This document shows positions 30,216 through 44,841 of a stretch of DNA of 64,000 nt, one piece after another; position 1 is the stretch's first letter; every line of letters starts with the position of its first letter. The translations under genes and the position numbers were made by a program. Origin of the DNA: Octopus vulgaris (taxonomy: Eukaryota); contig OX597830.1 in assembly GCA_951406725.2 (NCBI GenBank), positions 55,428,001-55,492,000 on the forward strand, read 5' to 3'. A model generated the notes under the pieces. The model was not told the DNA's origin, did no database searches, and worked only from the letters and a program-made list of their open reading frames with translations.

Positions 30216-30401
30216 AATAACTTATAAAATAAGGGCAAAAGAAAAATTCTAATGCCAAATATGCCGGTAATAACGGAATTTTTTAGAAATTTCTATCGGC
30301 TTGTTTCGAGACGCATAAATTTGAATGGTTATTGACAATTTGTCTTTTTTCGGCATATTTGGCATTAGAATTTTTCTTTTGCCCTTATTTTATCAGTTAT
30401 T
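30216..30401. mobile_element. MITE-like foldback with ~50-bp inverted repeats
   Basis: ataaaataagggcaaaagaaaaattctaatgccaaatatgccg (30224-30266) is the exact reverse complement of 30351-30393. Confidence 0.75.
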
Positions 30402-31129
30402 TATAAATTTAACCTTTAAAGGTATTTTTTGATATGCTGGCCATTGATTTTTTTTTTTTTTGAAAAAATGTTATCCTACATTAGTTGTATTAGATCTAAT
30501 ATGGAGATTTCCTACATAGGACACGTGAGAATACTATGTTGTTTTATAACTGTAGACGGGGTGAAGAAACATGATCGATCAGCATATACATCACAAACCT
30601 GTTCATCAAGTAATCTCAATATATTTAGGATGAAGGAACTCCTGGCACATGATAAAAAGAAGGGAAGTTGATTATTGTCGACATGTGACCTTTGACGAGA
30701 TGTGGTTGGGTAGGCTCTTTATAGACATTCAACTCATCACGATCCCAAAATATCCCAAAATTATTCTGTAGTTGTTTCCTATAAGTAGGCTTTATAAATT
30801 GTCATTCAAGGTAGAAGTTCCAGATGTCACACATGTGGGAGTGAAAATCATCTCAGGGTTTTCTCCCCAGACTAGCTGAAAAAAATTAAAAGGACAAAAT
30901 AAATGATGAACCAAAAGAAGCAGCCAATTGTTTGATGTTCCTGGGAGGTTGGGTGTGGCCACGGAAGCATCGAATGAGATCGTCTTGACTTCGGCTCCAA
31001 GAACCGACCAGAAACTCAAGCTTCCCATACATGGCGCTGCTATGTATGACCAATCATACATAGCAGCGGCATCTGAGGAAATGCGAAGACAAGAGGAAAG
31101 CAGGTAGAAATAACGAGAGTGATCAAACG

Positions 31130-31327
31130 TTTGTGTTGTGCATTAGCTCCCTCCCTTCAACAAATAGACATTACCTGTACAGGTGCACACGTCAGATGTC
31201 GAAGTGATTGCAGAGCAACATGAGAAGTACTTTGCTCAATAGCATAATGTGGTGGTCGGTCCGGGAATTGAATCCACAATCTCGCAGTCGTAATTGCAAC
31301 ATCCTAACCATTAAGCCATTTGCCTCC
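31130..31327 (-). mobile_element. Diverged tRNA-derived SINE
   Basis: Minus strand GGAGGCAAATGGCTTAATGGTTAGG...GGATTCAATTCCC; head similar to 35096. Confidence 0.65.
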
Positions 31328-31739
31328 TTGGATGATAGACAACTAGTACTACCAGATATGATCAGTTTATGAACTACCATTGACCAATTTTGAAACACTC
31401 ACGAGTACTCTTGGGTTGCAGTTATTATTAGCCAGTGGGCTTGGATTCTCGCTCGTAACATCACTTACACCTAGTCTTTACCCCCCATTTCTAAAACATT
31501 CGGATAGATTGTAGAATATTTCAACCACCACCCATTTCTTCCCACCCGTTTCTCCCCACCCCTCATTTCTTTTTCTAATTCAAATGAGATTTTGGGCCAA
31601 ATATTGTGTTGTATAGATAATTCTCATTTATAATCTATTTTATAAATAATTTTTAATGCTTTTAGTCATTAACGGTTTTTTATATAACTTCATCTATTCA
31701 CAAATATTTTGTAATCTGCATGCTTTTAACGTTCATTTG

Positions 31740-31798
<59 letters not shown>

Positions 31799-31829
31799 GC
31801 CCCCGCGGTAAATTATTATTAGTAGTATC

Positions 31830-31885
<56 letters not shown>

Positions 31886-31914
31886 TTTTGTTGTTGTTGT
31901 TGTTCTTGTTATCA

Positions 31915-31945
<31 letters not shown>

Positions 31946-32007
31946 TATTATCATCATCATCATCATCATCATTATTATTATTATTATCATTATTATCATT
32001 ATTATCA

Positions 32008-32114
<107 letters not shown>

Positions 32115-32552
32115 GTGGCCGCAGTCAAATGACTGAAACAAGCAAAAGAATAACAACAACGACGACCACAACAACATTCTTAATACTCTTCTTAGTATTT
32201 TCTTGTTTCGTATTGGCTTTGTTTCTTTCAATTCTTTAAGCTGCCAACGCCTAACATTTATTGTTTGAATGTTCCAAATGTATTCTTTAAAAAAATATTC
32301 CAATTACACAGGACAAATAAACGAGAGCTTCTGGTTCTTGTTTGGCTTTTATTGTTGTTTGTTTAGGTCTCTGGGTTTGAAATATTCTACAATCTATCCG
32401 AATGTTTTAGAAAATATTAACAAAGTAAATAAACTAGCAGGAAGACGGAAGGAGGGACAGATAGAGAGGGAGAGCCAGAGACAGACAGATAAAGAAAGAC
32501 AGAGAACGGAAGGAAGAAAGAGAGAACCTGACTGTATCAGTGAATAAGAGGA

Positions 32553-32599
<47 letters not shown>

Positions 32600-32662
32600 A
32601 TTATGGAAATAAAAGATCCAAGAAAATACTAAAACACTACATATATATATATATATATATAC

Positions 32663-32714
<52 letters not shown>

Positions 32715-33317
32715 TATATATAATATAAATAATATATATAGGCATATATATAAATACTATATACACACATATATACACAAATATGTACGTGTACACACAC
32801 ATATATACACAAGTATATACATACGTATATGTAAGACACACAAGTACATATAACAATATATATGTGTGTCGTATGTATGAATGTAAGTATGCATGTATGT
32901 ATGTATTATGTATGCGCATACTGACACGCGCGAACACACACACACACACACACACATTTACAAACACAAACTAGCAAAAGTTTGTATTATTCCTGTGTAA
33001 GCGTGAGAAAGCGAGAGGAAAACGAGAGCCGGATGGAATACAAAATGAGGTGATGCGTTTTTTTTAGTTGCAAGGTGGAATGGCGGTAAGAGGAAATATA
33101 ACGTTTAACAAACACTGTACAGAACTATTTTAATAAATTCTGTTTTCGTAACGGATTTTTTTAAAGATACGTATTTTATCTTCATTTAATGCAGTTTATT
33201 ATAATTCTATTATGGCCAAGAATTTTTTTAAATTTCGTGAAAATTTGCTGGTGAAACATGTTGTTATTGTTCCACTTTCTATTCTCTCCCGTTCTCTCCT
33301 TCTATGTTATTTATACA

Positions 33318-33414
<97 letters not shown>

Positions 33415-33580
33415 TGTATGTATGTATGTATGTATGTGTGTGTGTGCGTGAGTGCGTGCGTGTGGGTATATACGTATGTGTATAAATTTATACGCATGAA
33501 TATATATGTTTATATGTGCGCGTATACATTTGTATTCTTATATGTATCCATATAAATATATGCTTGTAAATGCTTATAAC

Positions 33581-33687
<107 letters not shown>

Positions 33688-34770
33688 GCTATAAACATTT
33701 ACAACCATATATTTATATGTATATATGTATACAAAGGTATACGCGCACATATACTCACATATATTCATGCATATAATTATATACATATGCATATATGTAT
33801 ATACACACACTCACATACATATATATACATACACACATACATACACACACACACACATACACATATATAATTCTACACCCCTAACTTCCTGTTTAGTATT
33901 AGCTTATATATGCTTTATTCACCATGGAACAGCAAGCTATGAGAATTTGTCCATTAGGAAACAAAAAATCGAACAAAACTGCGACATCATTGCAATCTCG
34001 CAAGCTCACGTGCCTTCTGCGTTATTTAGTTTCCTCCTTGCGTCTGTATATATGAATATATATATATATACATACATTTATCTATATTTATATATATATA
34101 AATATAGATAAATGTATGTATATATATATATATATATGCGCATATGCATACATATGTATATGCATATATAAAGTGGAAGAGAGGAAGAGAGAGAGAGAGA
34201 GAGAGAAGACAAACACACATACATATACATGCATACACACATACATAAATAATGTATCAGTATAGAGTGTGGTTTGGTGTTTTGTTATATAATGTATTCT
34301 GCTGTAGAGTGGTGTGGTAAAGTGTGGAGTGATGCAGTGTGATAAAGTATGCACAGTGGCATGTTGTATGGTGCAGTGTAGTTAGTGGATGTGATGTAAT
34401 ATTTTGTAATGTGGTGTGGTTTAGTATGATGCAGTATGGTATAATATATGTTTAGGTGATAAAGTATTGAGCAATGCAGCTTTGTGCAGTGTATTTTATA
34501 GTATTGGTTGCGCAATGTAGAGAAAAGAAAGTAAGGTAAGTGCGTAAAGAACCTATGAATAGAAACATTTCGCATAGACAACCTGTATAGACATTACGTA
34601 TAGGCGCCCAAGAGTAGTTGGTATAAAGTCTGAGTCAGTGCTGTAAAATAATATCACTCTCAGCCAATAAATTATTTAAGAGAGATGAGCAGCCCACACC
34701 CTCGCCTCTATAAAAATGAATAACGTACAAAATTGGTATGTGTTAAACGATATGACAGAACAGAAATATA

Positions 34771-34806
34771 AGTTGACGTTTCAGAGAGCAGTCTTTCGTC
34801 AAAACC
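34771..34806 (-). ncRNA. Minimal type I hammerhead motif with a C3>U core change
   Basis: GGTT-TTGACGA-A-AGA ctgctc TCT-GAA-ACGT-C-AACT. Confidence 0.5.
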
Positions 34807-35095
34807 AGAACAGAAGTTAGGGAGAGAATAGAACGGAAAGGAAATTATTTTTGATCAGTACTGGTGTGCCATGCATTAGTGGTGAACAGGAAGAATTGGA
34901 ATAAACAAGTTGTTTTAAAGGAGTGAGAAGCAAGGGAAGTAAAGGTAAGTAATAGGGTGTGGGAAAGGATGATGTAATGAAAGTGATGTGAGGAAAGTAT
35001 GTGTGAAGCATATTTGTATCTATGTGTGTATGTGCGTGTGTTAACAAAACTTCTTCATATTATTATATCGCTATATCGTGCATATGGACGAAGGT

Positions 35096-35270
35096 GGAGG
35101 CGCGTGGTTTAGTGGTTAGAGCGTTGGACTCATGATCGTAAGATTGTGATTTCAATTCCTGGACTGGGCGACACATTGTGTTCTTGAGCAAAACACTTCA
35201 TTTTACATTGTTCCAGTCCACTCACCAGGCAAAACTCAGTAATCCTGCGACGTACCGCCGTCCTGGGAAA
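35096..35270 (+). mobile_element. Diverged tRNA-derived SINE
   Basis: ggaggcgcgtggtttagtggttagagcg (A box), gatttcaattcc (B box-like), ttcttgagcaaaacactt. Confidence 0.7.
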
Positions 35271-36068
35271 GTGGCTCTTGTGAGTCGGCATAAAGGTAAC
35301 CTATACTTTTATGTGGACAAGTTTTTTGTGTGGGTGAGGTGTTTGCAAGACCTCAATGTGTGTGACTGTGTGTGTGTAATAGGAAAATGCGTTGTAAAGA
35401 AAATCAAGGGAGCTATGTATGAAGTATGACTGTGGTGAAAGCGATTTATACTGTGTGGGATTATGGTAAGAGAATTTGGGTTGTTTAAGTGCGAGTGTGT
35501 GTATGTAAGCGTGTGCAGCCTGTGTGAATGGAAAAGAAATGGTGAAATTTTGTGTGTATCGTATGTGTGGCGCTGTTTTAGAGGAAACCAAGTCGGTTGT
35601 TAAGACAGGGAAGGATAGATGTGTTTAATTGGAAGACTAATTACTGTTCACGACAAGCCTGAAAAAGGGAGAACCGTGATTTTGTATAATACCCAAAACA
35701 GCAGGGTGTATATAGGGATATAGACGGGTATTGAAACGGCAGTCGCAGGTGTTTTTCCGATTTACATTTTTTTTTCGTGTCCCACCTGTTAATTAATTAA
35801 ATTAATTAATTAACTAATTAATTACATAAAAAGAAGGCATAAAGTAATATAAGGTGTGCAGAAAACATGCATATCAACCATATATAGAAAGAGCGTGAAA
35901 AAATGATCTATTAGTAAAAACGTACATATGATACGTGTATAGACAGAGTATTTAGTCTTTAAAATGTATGGTTAGAAAGTGTATACAGGAGATTTAAATG
36001 TATATACATACATGCATGTATGTGCGTGCATGCGTGTGTATGTTTGCACGCGCTTGTGTGTGTATATG

Positions 36069-36106
<38 letters not shown>

Positions 36107-36359
36107 TGTGTATGTGTGTACTATAAGTATGTATGTACGCAAATGCATAAAAGATTGTAGAGTAAGAATTTATGAAAAAGTTTATAGAAAGAGTGTATAC
36201 AGAAGTTGTGTAGAAGTGTGCATAAGAAACGTTTAAGAAACGTGTCAATATCCTATAAAAAATATTTTAATGTTACGAGAGTGAAATGAAATAAAAAAAT
36301 AAGGACGTTCATCTTTTCAAACTGTAAAACTTAAATTAGTTTATTATTATTATTATTAT

Positions 36360-37420
36360 GTGAGAGAGCAGTGCATGCCATCAAAGTGACACTGGGGTAA
36401 AATATACGAAGCCCAATATACCCATTATGACTACCCGTCTGATAAGGGTACACCAGGCACATGCATCACAACCATATGTGCGCGACATGGTGATCTCATA
36501 TCAAGATAAACAGCATATGACCTTGCAGGTGGGGCCCAGTTAGCATTTTCTTCAGGTTGAGTAGCCCATCCCGCTCAAAAGGTCCCTGAATAAGGATTGT
36601 TTAAGGATGTTGAACAAAACACCCATGTTTCCAGAGGTGATTTATCCAAACCCCAAAGAATTCCTCTCAGCACATGGCTATGATGCTCCCCCACTATTTC
36701 TGCAGGTGATCAAAGATGCACATATCGTCAGCCACTAAGGGACATGCTCAACTGGTTACGGTCAAACAACTGAGAAGCCATCTGTGGTATTGAGCAGAAT
36801 ATTTGCTGTAACCCATCTTTTATACCAAGACAAAACATGCACTTGATAACACTTCCAATTTGTTACGATCGAAAGCCATATTATTATCATTATTATTGAG
36901 TGAGAGAGCAGTTCATGCCATCAAAATGACACTGGAGTAAAATATACGAAGCCCAATATACCCATCATGACTACCCGTCTGATAAGGGTAAACCAGGCAC
37001 ATGCATCACAACCATATGTGCGCGACATGGTGATCTCATATCAAGATAAACAGCACATGACCTTGCAGGTGGAGCCCAGTTAGAATTTTCTTCTGGTTGA
37101 GTAGCCCATCCCGCTCAAACGGTCCCTGAATAAGGGTTGTTTAAGGATGTTGAAAAAACCACCCATGCTTCCAGAGGTGAATTATTCAAACCCCAAAGAA
37201 TCCCTCTCAGCACATGGCTATGATGCTCCCCCACTACTTCTGCTCGTGATCAAAGATGCACATATCGTCAGCCACTAATGGACATGGTCAACTGGTTACG
37301 GTCAAGCAATTGAGAAGCAAATCTGTAGTATTGAGCAGAATATTTGCTGTAGCCAATCTTTTATACCAAGACAAAACAATGCACATGATAACACTTCCAA
37401 TCTGTTAAGATCAAAAGCCA

Positions 37421-37421
<1 letters not shown>
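36360..37421. mobile_element. Two tandem copies (period 540 bp) of a ~520-bp non-coding element embedded in (ATT)n
   Basis: 36360-36880 aligns along its length with 36898-37421; att repeats lie before, between and after the copies. Confidence 0.85.
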
Positions 37422-37475
<54 letters not shown>

Positions 37476-37494
37476 ATTATTATCATCATCATCA

Positions 37495-37540
<46 letters not shown>

Positions 37541-37953
37541 ATAATTTATATAATAAATTTTATATTAGACACTTCTAAATATGAAAACCATTTGCTTGAA
37601 TTGAAACCAATAGAACTTTTGTGTAAGTTAAATACGTATAAGATTTTATGGGGGTGGGATGCGTTATAAGAATGGAAGCGACATTATAAGAATATATAAT
37701 CAATGCAACGGTATTAGGGAGGGGATAATGTAATACAGGTGTAAGTGACAGGAGGGAAATATAATTTTTTTTTAAAAACCCCATAATTTTGTCGGTGGAT
37801 GTTAACGAATGTCCTGGTAAATAAAAGTAGCGCCGGTTGGTCATAGCATTATTCATAAAATAATTGTATGCTTCTGCCTGTCGGCCTGTCAGTCAGTTTG
37901 TGTCTCCACGTACTCACACACTCCTTCTCCTTTCTCTCTCACACATACTCACC

Positions 37954-38011
<58 letters not shown>

Positions 38012-38459
38012 CTCTCTTTCACCCTAGAACAGACGAAATGAACACTACTAACTAACCGATTAAAATAAGCGAAACTAGGCGAGTATGTCTCTCTTTTCGT
38101 AGGCAGGTAGCGCTCTAGAATTCAGTCATAGAATTTACGCCCACAGTAACACGATATTTATTAAATCTATGTATATAATTTATTTTCAAGTTATCCGTAA
38201 ACAAACTGTCTCGGTGTGGAATTTAGGAAATTAATATACGTGCGTTGGTGTGTCTGTTATTTCATTCTTTCTCTTGTTTCTCTTAAATAACCTGTCGCCA
38301 TACTGGGGCACAGCCTTGAAGATCCTGGTACATAGTTTAAATCTGGCTTTTATTATGTCGGTCTCTCATTGCTGACCTGCTACATTTGTTTGATATAAAC
38401 AAAGCAACACCGGTTGTCGAGTGGTGCAGGAATTCATACATGCATGCATACACACACAC

Positions 38460-38504
<45 letters not shown>

Positions 38505-38507
<3 letters not shown>

Positions 38508-39568
38508 GTATTTGGGGATGGTCATGTTGCCAGTTTAGCCAGTGGAAACACACGCACTGTATATTTGGTGTTCACTTCCTTCAGCTTTATTTTATATTAT
38601 TTGTATTTCGGCTAGAGTTCTTTCGTCAAACTTCTGTGAGCTCATTGGTGGTCCTTTGCTTTCTTCTTTATTTTATGTACATCTCTCCTTAGTAGTATAA
38701 AATGTACAGAGGGACGGTGCAGTAACAAGACAACGGCGTACTTAGGGGAGACAACACGGAGCATAGGAGAGCGGGTAAATGAGCATTGGAAGAACTTAAG
38801 GAAGACAAGAGCTCATCGGTTCTATACCAGCACGCCGAGCGGAAACACGGGGGATCATTCAACAACATTAAAGTTAAAATCTTGTCCACACATAGAACAG
38901 ACACAACGCATAGACAAATTACGGAAGCTACGCACATAATAGAAGATAAACCTAGCCTGAATAGTAAACTAGAATGGAACACTAGCACACACCCGCCACA
39001 CACCACAACCTATGACAGAATAAGATCCCCATAAACTCATAATAATATGGAAATGATACAAAAAACTTTTAAATAACATAACTTTTAAATAACATAACTC
39101 AATACACAGATAAATAAATGGAATTAAATAACTATATGCATAAACAAAATAGATTAAATTAATACAAAAAAAGGAAGGAAGAAAAAAGTACGTAGGTATA
39201 AACAAATGAATAAAATAAATAATAGTAAATTAAACGAGCGTGTAAAAACGAGGGATACTGATAATGCAGGCACCATACACATTCCCACACACACACTAAA
39301 CATGGACACACACAGGGATATAGGCATGCGAAAATAAAGACACAATCAACAGGAATACAAAATGGCAGATCGTTAGTAAGGAGAGCGACATAAAAAATAA
39401 AGAAGAAAGCAAAGGACCACTGATGAGGTTACAGAAGTGTGACGAAAGAAGTCTGGACGAAATACAATTAATATAAAATAAACCTGAAGGAAGTGAACAC
39501 CAAATATATAGTGCGTGTGTTTTCATTGGCTAAACTGGCAACCTGACTATCCTCAAATACAACAATAT
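38505..39568 (+). mobile_element. 5'-truncated Penelope-like element: inverted pLTR, GIY-YIG C-terminus, direct pLTR
   Basis: KCTEGRCSNKTTAYLGETTRSIGERVNEH, frameshift, then SSVLYQHAERKH...RQITEATHIIEDKPSLNSKLEW; 38505-38693 is the reverse complement of 39374-39563. Confidence 0.85.
39417..39456 (+). ncRNA. Degenerate minimal hammerhead motif in the pLTR
   Basis: CCA-CTGATGA-G-GTTACA gaag TGTGAC-GAAA-gaag-TC-TGG; stems I and II pair, stem III is imperfect. Confidence 0.6.
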
Positions 39569-39622
39569 CTGTTTCAACACACAAATTCACATCAAGAATC
39601 TTGCAAAACGAATAAATAAATA

Positions 39623-39668
<46 letters not shown>

Positions 39669-40885
39669 TGTATGTATATGTATCTTTTTAATTTGTTTTG
39701 GGCAAATGTCTTAGAATGCGCCCGAAAAGCTCCTATGCTTCTTGTTGGCTACCACCTGTTATTTTCATCTTTCAGTTAATCGTATGGGATGGTTATAAAT
39801 ATGAAATTCCTTACCGTTTAGGATAAATATAGTAATGACGAAAATTACTTTTGAATGGAAATTTTTAGATTTTATTAACGTATTGCGACATACGCTTTGC
39901 ATCCCACGTGTTCATTTGGCCTCACAAATGAACATGCGGGATGCAGAAATGTATGTTGCAATACATTAATAACATTTTAATATTTCCATCCACAAGTCAT
40001 TTTCGTTATTACAATACACGCACACACATGCACGTGCACACACACATACACACACGTATGAATGTGTTTATGTACAAGGATTTCATTATAATTTTAAAAG
40101 AAAATTTTCCTTTCATTTACCTTCCAGAAACTAATGATTGGATAAAGGAAACCAAAATAAGGTAACAAAATCGAAATAGAAAATACTATTTAGGTCAAGA
40201 CTAAAAAACGTGAGGCTTTAATCCTATACACGCTCTCTTATCCTATCTTCTGTAAAGTATCCATTTTTTTTGTTATAGTCTTTTAGCTAATTATTTAACT
40301 ATTTGTTGGTTAATGACAGATTTCATTGCTCATCACTATATCAAATTTGTTTTGCAGTAAACAAAGGATTAACTAAATATAGAGTTGGACGGATGATCAT
40401 TTCTACTTTTTCTATAATCCCTTTTTCTAAAACCACGGTCATTATTCCCTTGTGAGTCTGTATCATAATCAAAAATGAAACAGACCTTGAAAAATACGAA
40501 CGAATACGGAAATGTATTCCACTGAAATGTGATAAGGCTTTGTGAAAGATCCATAGGATTTACTAAATATTGAACAAAGATGGTCATTTCTGTTCTTCTA
40601 ATAATCCTTAATCTCTTTTCTCTAATCTAGCGGGAGTTTGTATCGGACACGGAAGTGAAGCAGTTGTTGAAAAATGGAGGATACAGAAATACATAATTCT
40701 TTTAATTTGGAAATGTCACGAGAAAATTCGATAGATAATTGGTCATTTAACAACATTTATTAATTCTCTAATCCATAACAACAATCATTTTCTCTCCACT
40801 ACCCCCACCACCTTTCGGTTCTTCCCACTGCCTTTTCTTGGATTCAAGATCTCTATGAACTAGCGTTTACCTTTCTACTTATGAT

Positions 40886-40970
<85 letters not shown>

Positions 40971-41341
40971 TCAATTTACTTTTGTAACTGCCTATCAATC
41001 CATCTGTTTATCTAGATAGCCAACAAGATATGTATCACGTTATATATTTGTAGGTATATGTGCGTGTGTGTGTGAGTGTATGTATGTGTGTGCGTGTGTG
41101 TCTGCGTTCATGAGTATATTTGTGTTTGTGTTCGTATGTTAAAAAGAGATGCTTATTTTACAAATAAGACTATCAATGAACCATTACTAATGGGAAGCAA
41201 GATACGGACAGTAGAATTAAACTGTGATATAATATAAAATTCTTCTTGGATAGGACTTGATTTGTTTCATGGTTTATCAAACCAGTGAAGAAATATTATC
41301 TGACTTCCCCAGTTGAATAAGCCGTCAGGCGAAACATAACC

Positions 41342-42695
41342 TCCCAGTCAACAAGAATGTTATTATATATACATGTATGTTCGAAAGTATGTGCACTTAT
41401 AAGCACACACATACGTATGTATGTGTGTATGTGTGCGATTGTATGTATGTACCATTGTATACGCACACACATACAAACACACACATATGTGTATATATAG
41501 CAGCGACACCACCGATGATGTCTCCTACGCCAGCACTAACACCAACACCAGCGACTCCAATACCAACAACAGCAGTAGCAAAAGCGTCAACCTCAACATC
41601 GCCAACACCCACACTCGGAGATATATCGGATGTTCCGGCAACTCGTTGAAGCAGCGCCTCTCCAATCACATATCCACTTTCAGCATCCCGGAAAGGAGAT
41701 ACGCTACGCTCTTAACCAGTCATGTTTGGTAGCTGAAGGATGACGGTACTCCCCATGTAATATTATGGCAGATCCTAGAAAATCCAGACCCCTACATAAA
41801 TGGGACCAAGCGTTGTGAACTGTGCGTAACCGAATGGACGAGGATGTTAAAGGACTCCCTCAACTCGGGGAACATCCTTAATTCCTGGACGGAAATCTTC
41901 GCACCCTGATTGAATTCAGAAAACTGTTGACACCTTGGGATGCATGCAATAACAGAGTCAATCACGAGTAGGGATGACAATCCCCTGTTTCTTCTTATTT
42001 CTTTACTACCCACAAGGGGCTAAACACAGAGGGGACAAACAAGGACAGACAAACGGATTAAGTGGATTATATCGACCCCCCGTGCGTAACTAGTGCTTAT
42101 TTAATCGACCCTGAACGGAACAAAGGCAAATTTCGTCTATCATAAAACCATGACCTTGAAGTGATTATATATGTTAGTTAGTTAGTTAATTTGGCTCAAA
42201 AGCAAATTATAAAGCAAATTATATAAAGGAACTGTTACTGTGTATGTATATCAGAAAATGTATATAAGTCGAAACAATTATTTGGCCTTTTATGGTTTTT
42301 TAAATAATTGTTTATGCTATATTAAATGCATTATTTATCATGTAATATTATAATATAAATGAATTATTGGCTTGTCAATAGTATCTCCCTATTTAATTTA
42401 TCTTTATAATTGCATTATACCATATTTATATGGTATTCAACTGACGTACCAGTGAATTAGATGTTTAACATACCGCCTTGAAGGATATCTTTTCCTCAGC
42501 TTGTTACTTTATATATATATCACTTACTTTATATATATATATATATCACCGTTACCGACCAAGCTATGCCTGTGCGTATACAATGGCACATAATACAATC
42601 ACACACATACGCACATACATGCGTATGTGTGTGCTTGTAAGTGCATATACTTACGAACATACATGTATATATAATAACATTCTTGTTGACTGGGA
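41342..42695 (+). mobile_element. Second truncated Penelope-like element with inverted flanks; family B SINE inserted at ~41985-42135 (minus)
   Basis: RRYIGCSGNSLKQRLSNHISTF...ATLLTSHVW*LKD...ILWQILENPDPYINGTKRCELCVTE; 41342-41467 mirrors 42571-42695. Confidence 0.8.
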
Positions 42696-42893
42696 TTTGC
42701 TACACATTGCTGGTCACAATGCGCTTCGCATTGTTTTAGCCTTCAAGTGATACCACCCCGCTGGCTAAGCGAGTAGGAAAGTTGTGGCGAAAGAGTACAG
42801 CAGGAATCGCCACCCACCACCTGCCGGAGCCTCGTGGAGCTTTAGGTGCTTTCGCTCAATAAACACTCACAACGCCCGGTCTGGGAATCGGAA
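42696..42893 (-). mobile_element. SINE fragment related to family C with a different 3' part
   Basis: gtgtttattgagcgaaagcacctaaagctcca resembles the 1764-2076 body; tcgcttagccagcggggtgg...gcgaagcgcattgtgaccagc matches 62387-62460. Confidence 0.75.
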
Positions 42894-42899
42894 CTGTAA

Positions 42900-43625
42900 A
42901 AGCCTGGCAATCTCGAGTCAATAAAATCTTGGAAACCCCATTTCACAGCATCGTCGGCATTAATTTTTTTCCTATCAAAATGTTATCCAAATTCTGGAAG
43001 AAGTGGTAGTCAGTGGGGGCAAGATCAGGTGAGTATGGTGGATGATGGAGAACTTCCAACTCCAACACCTGTAGTTTTGCCAATGTCATTTTTGTGATGT
43101 GTGGTCTGGCATTGTCTTGCAATAAAATAGGAACGGATCTGTTGACTAATCTAAGCTGATTTTTGAAAGTTTATGCATCATTTGGTCCAGTTGGCTGCAG
43201 TATACTTCGGCCGTGATTGATGAGCCAGGTTTAATGAAATCATAATGTATCATACCTGCGCCAGACCACCAAACATACACCATCAGTTTCTTTTCATGGA
43301 TTTTACTTTTTGGATTGTGTTTTGGTGGTTTGTCTTTGTCCAACCATTGTGCTGAATGTTTACGGTTGTTGTATTGGATCCATTTCTCATCACGTAATGA
43401 TTAATTTTTGTGATGAGAAAGTAGCATAATGCAGGCTTCCAAACGTTGCTGTTTCAGATTTTCCTTGAGTTCATGTGGAACTCACTTATCCAACTTTTTC
43501 ACTTTAACAATTTGAACTAAGTGAGTCAATATTGTTTGTTTCCTAACACCAAACAACAACGATAATTCACAGGAACTTTGAGACAGATCTGATTCGACGG
43601 TGGATTTTTGTTCGTCATTATCCAC
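42900..43625 (-). pseudogene. Decayed mariner transposase
   Basis: VPHEL, DEKWIQY, KKLMVYVWW, QDNARPH and HPPYSPDLAPTDYHFF motifs in order, with stops and frameshifts. Confidence 0.9.
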
Positions 43626-44054
43626 TATATAAAGGGGGGATTTAAAAGTCCCTTGATCGCTAATATATACCAACGTAAGTTGCGCTTCATAATATACGTC
43701 CCATAACACCACTCTCCATATCCATTCTTCACTCTTTTCACTTCTTCACTAGAGCGTTCCACCCACCTCTCCCACTGCATTAAAGCCGCTTAGCATCAGT
43801 TCATCTACTGACTTCCATGGCTCAGGGATTTCAGTATAGCTGGTCTACTGTCCTACTGTTCATACACGGACCATATCAAACAGTTGAACTAGGTAATTTG
43901 AACTTGGTATACACCTGCACGACTGAACAGGATTACCATTTTATTGTGCCATTTTTAAACGCTAAAGGTACTGCTGAATGACAGACAGGTAGACACGTAG
44001 ATAGGGAAGTAGAGAAACGGAGAAAGAAGATAGATTGAAACACAGAAACAGACA

Positions 44055-44085
<31 letters not shown>

Positions 44086-44278
44086 TTACACACACGTATA
44101 AATACACTCTCACGCTAACACACACTCTCACACATATACACTCACACATACGCTCACACACGCGCACACTGAGTTTAAAATCGTCATTTTAATTGGATTT
44201 ATGATGCTGGCGATTTAGACAATTCACATGCTACTGCCACTACTACAACTACTACTAGTGTTACCACTGTTACTACTA

Positions 44279-44318
<40 letters not shown>

Positions 44319-44803
44319 CATTAGCAACTACAAAAACATCACTAGAACACACACAAATTGATACAAACACACATACAATCAGATATACATATACGTGCAT
44401 ACACCCATATACATATACACATTTGCACTCACACACACACCCACGCGCATACACACACATGCGCTCATACTCTCACACATACATGCATGCATATACCCAC
44501 ATACATACGTGCACACATACACATAAATACATCAACACTTACAGACATATACACATGCAGTCCGTTACTTGCCTCGCAATGAGGGGATAATCTTTGGTTA
44601 ATAAGAACAAGGTTGTAGTAATAATAACATACCACTACTGCAACTACTACCAATACCACAATCACTACTCCTACCATCACCACTACTAACACTACAACCA
44701 CCACCGTCATTATCTACTACCACTCCAACCACCACCACTACTACTGTATATACTATTAGATCTCCTACTGTCCCTACCACCTTCACAACCGCTACTGACA
44801 CAG

Positions 44804-44841
<38 letters not shown>

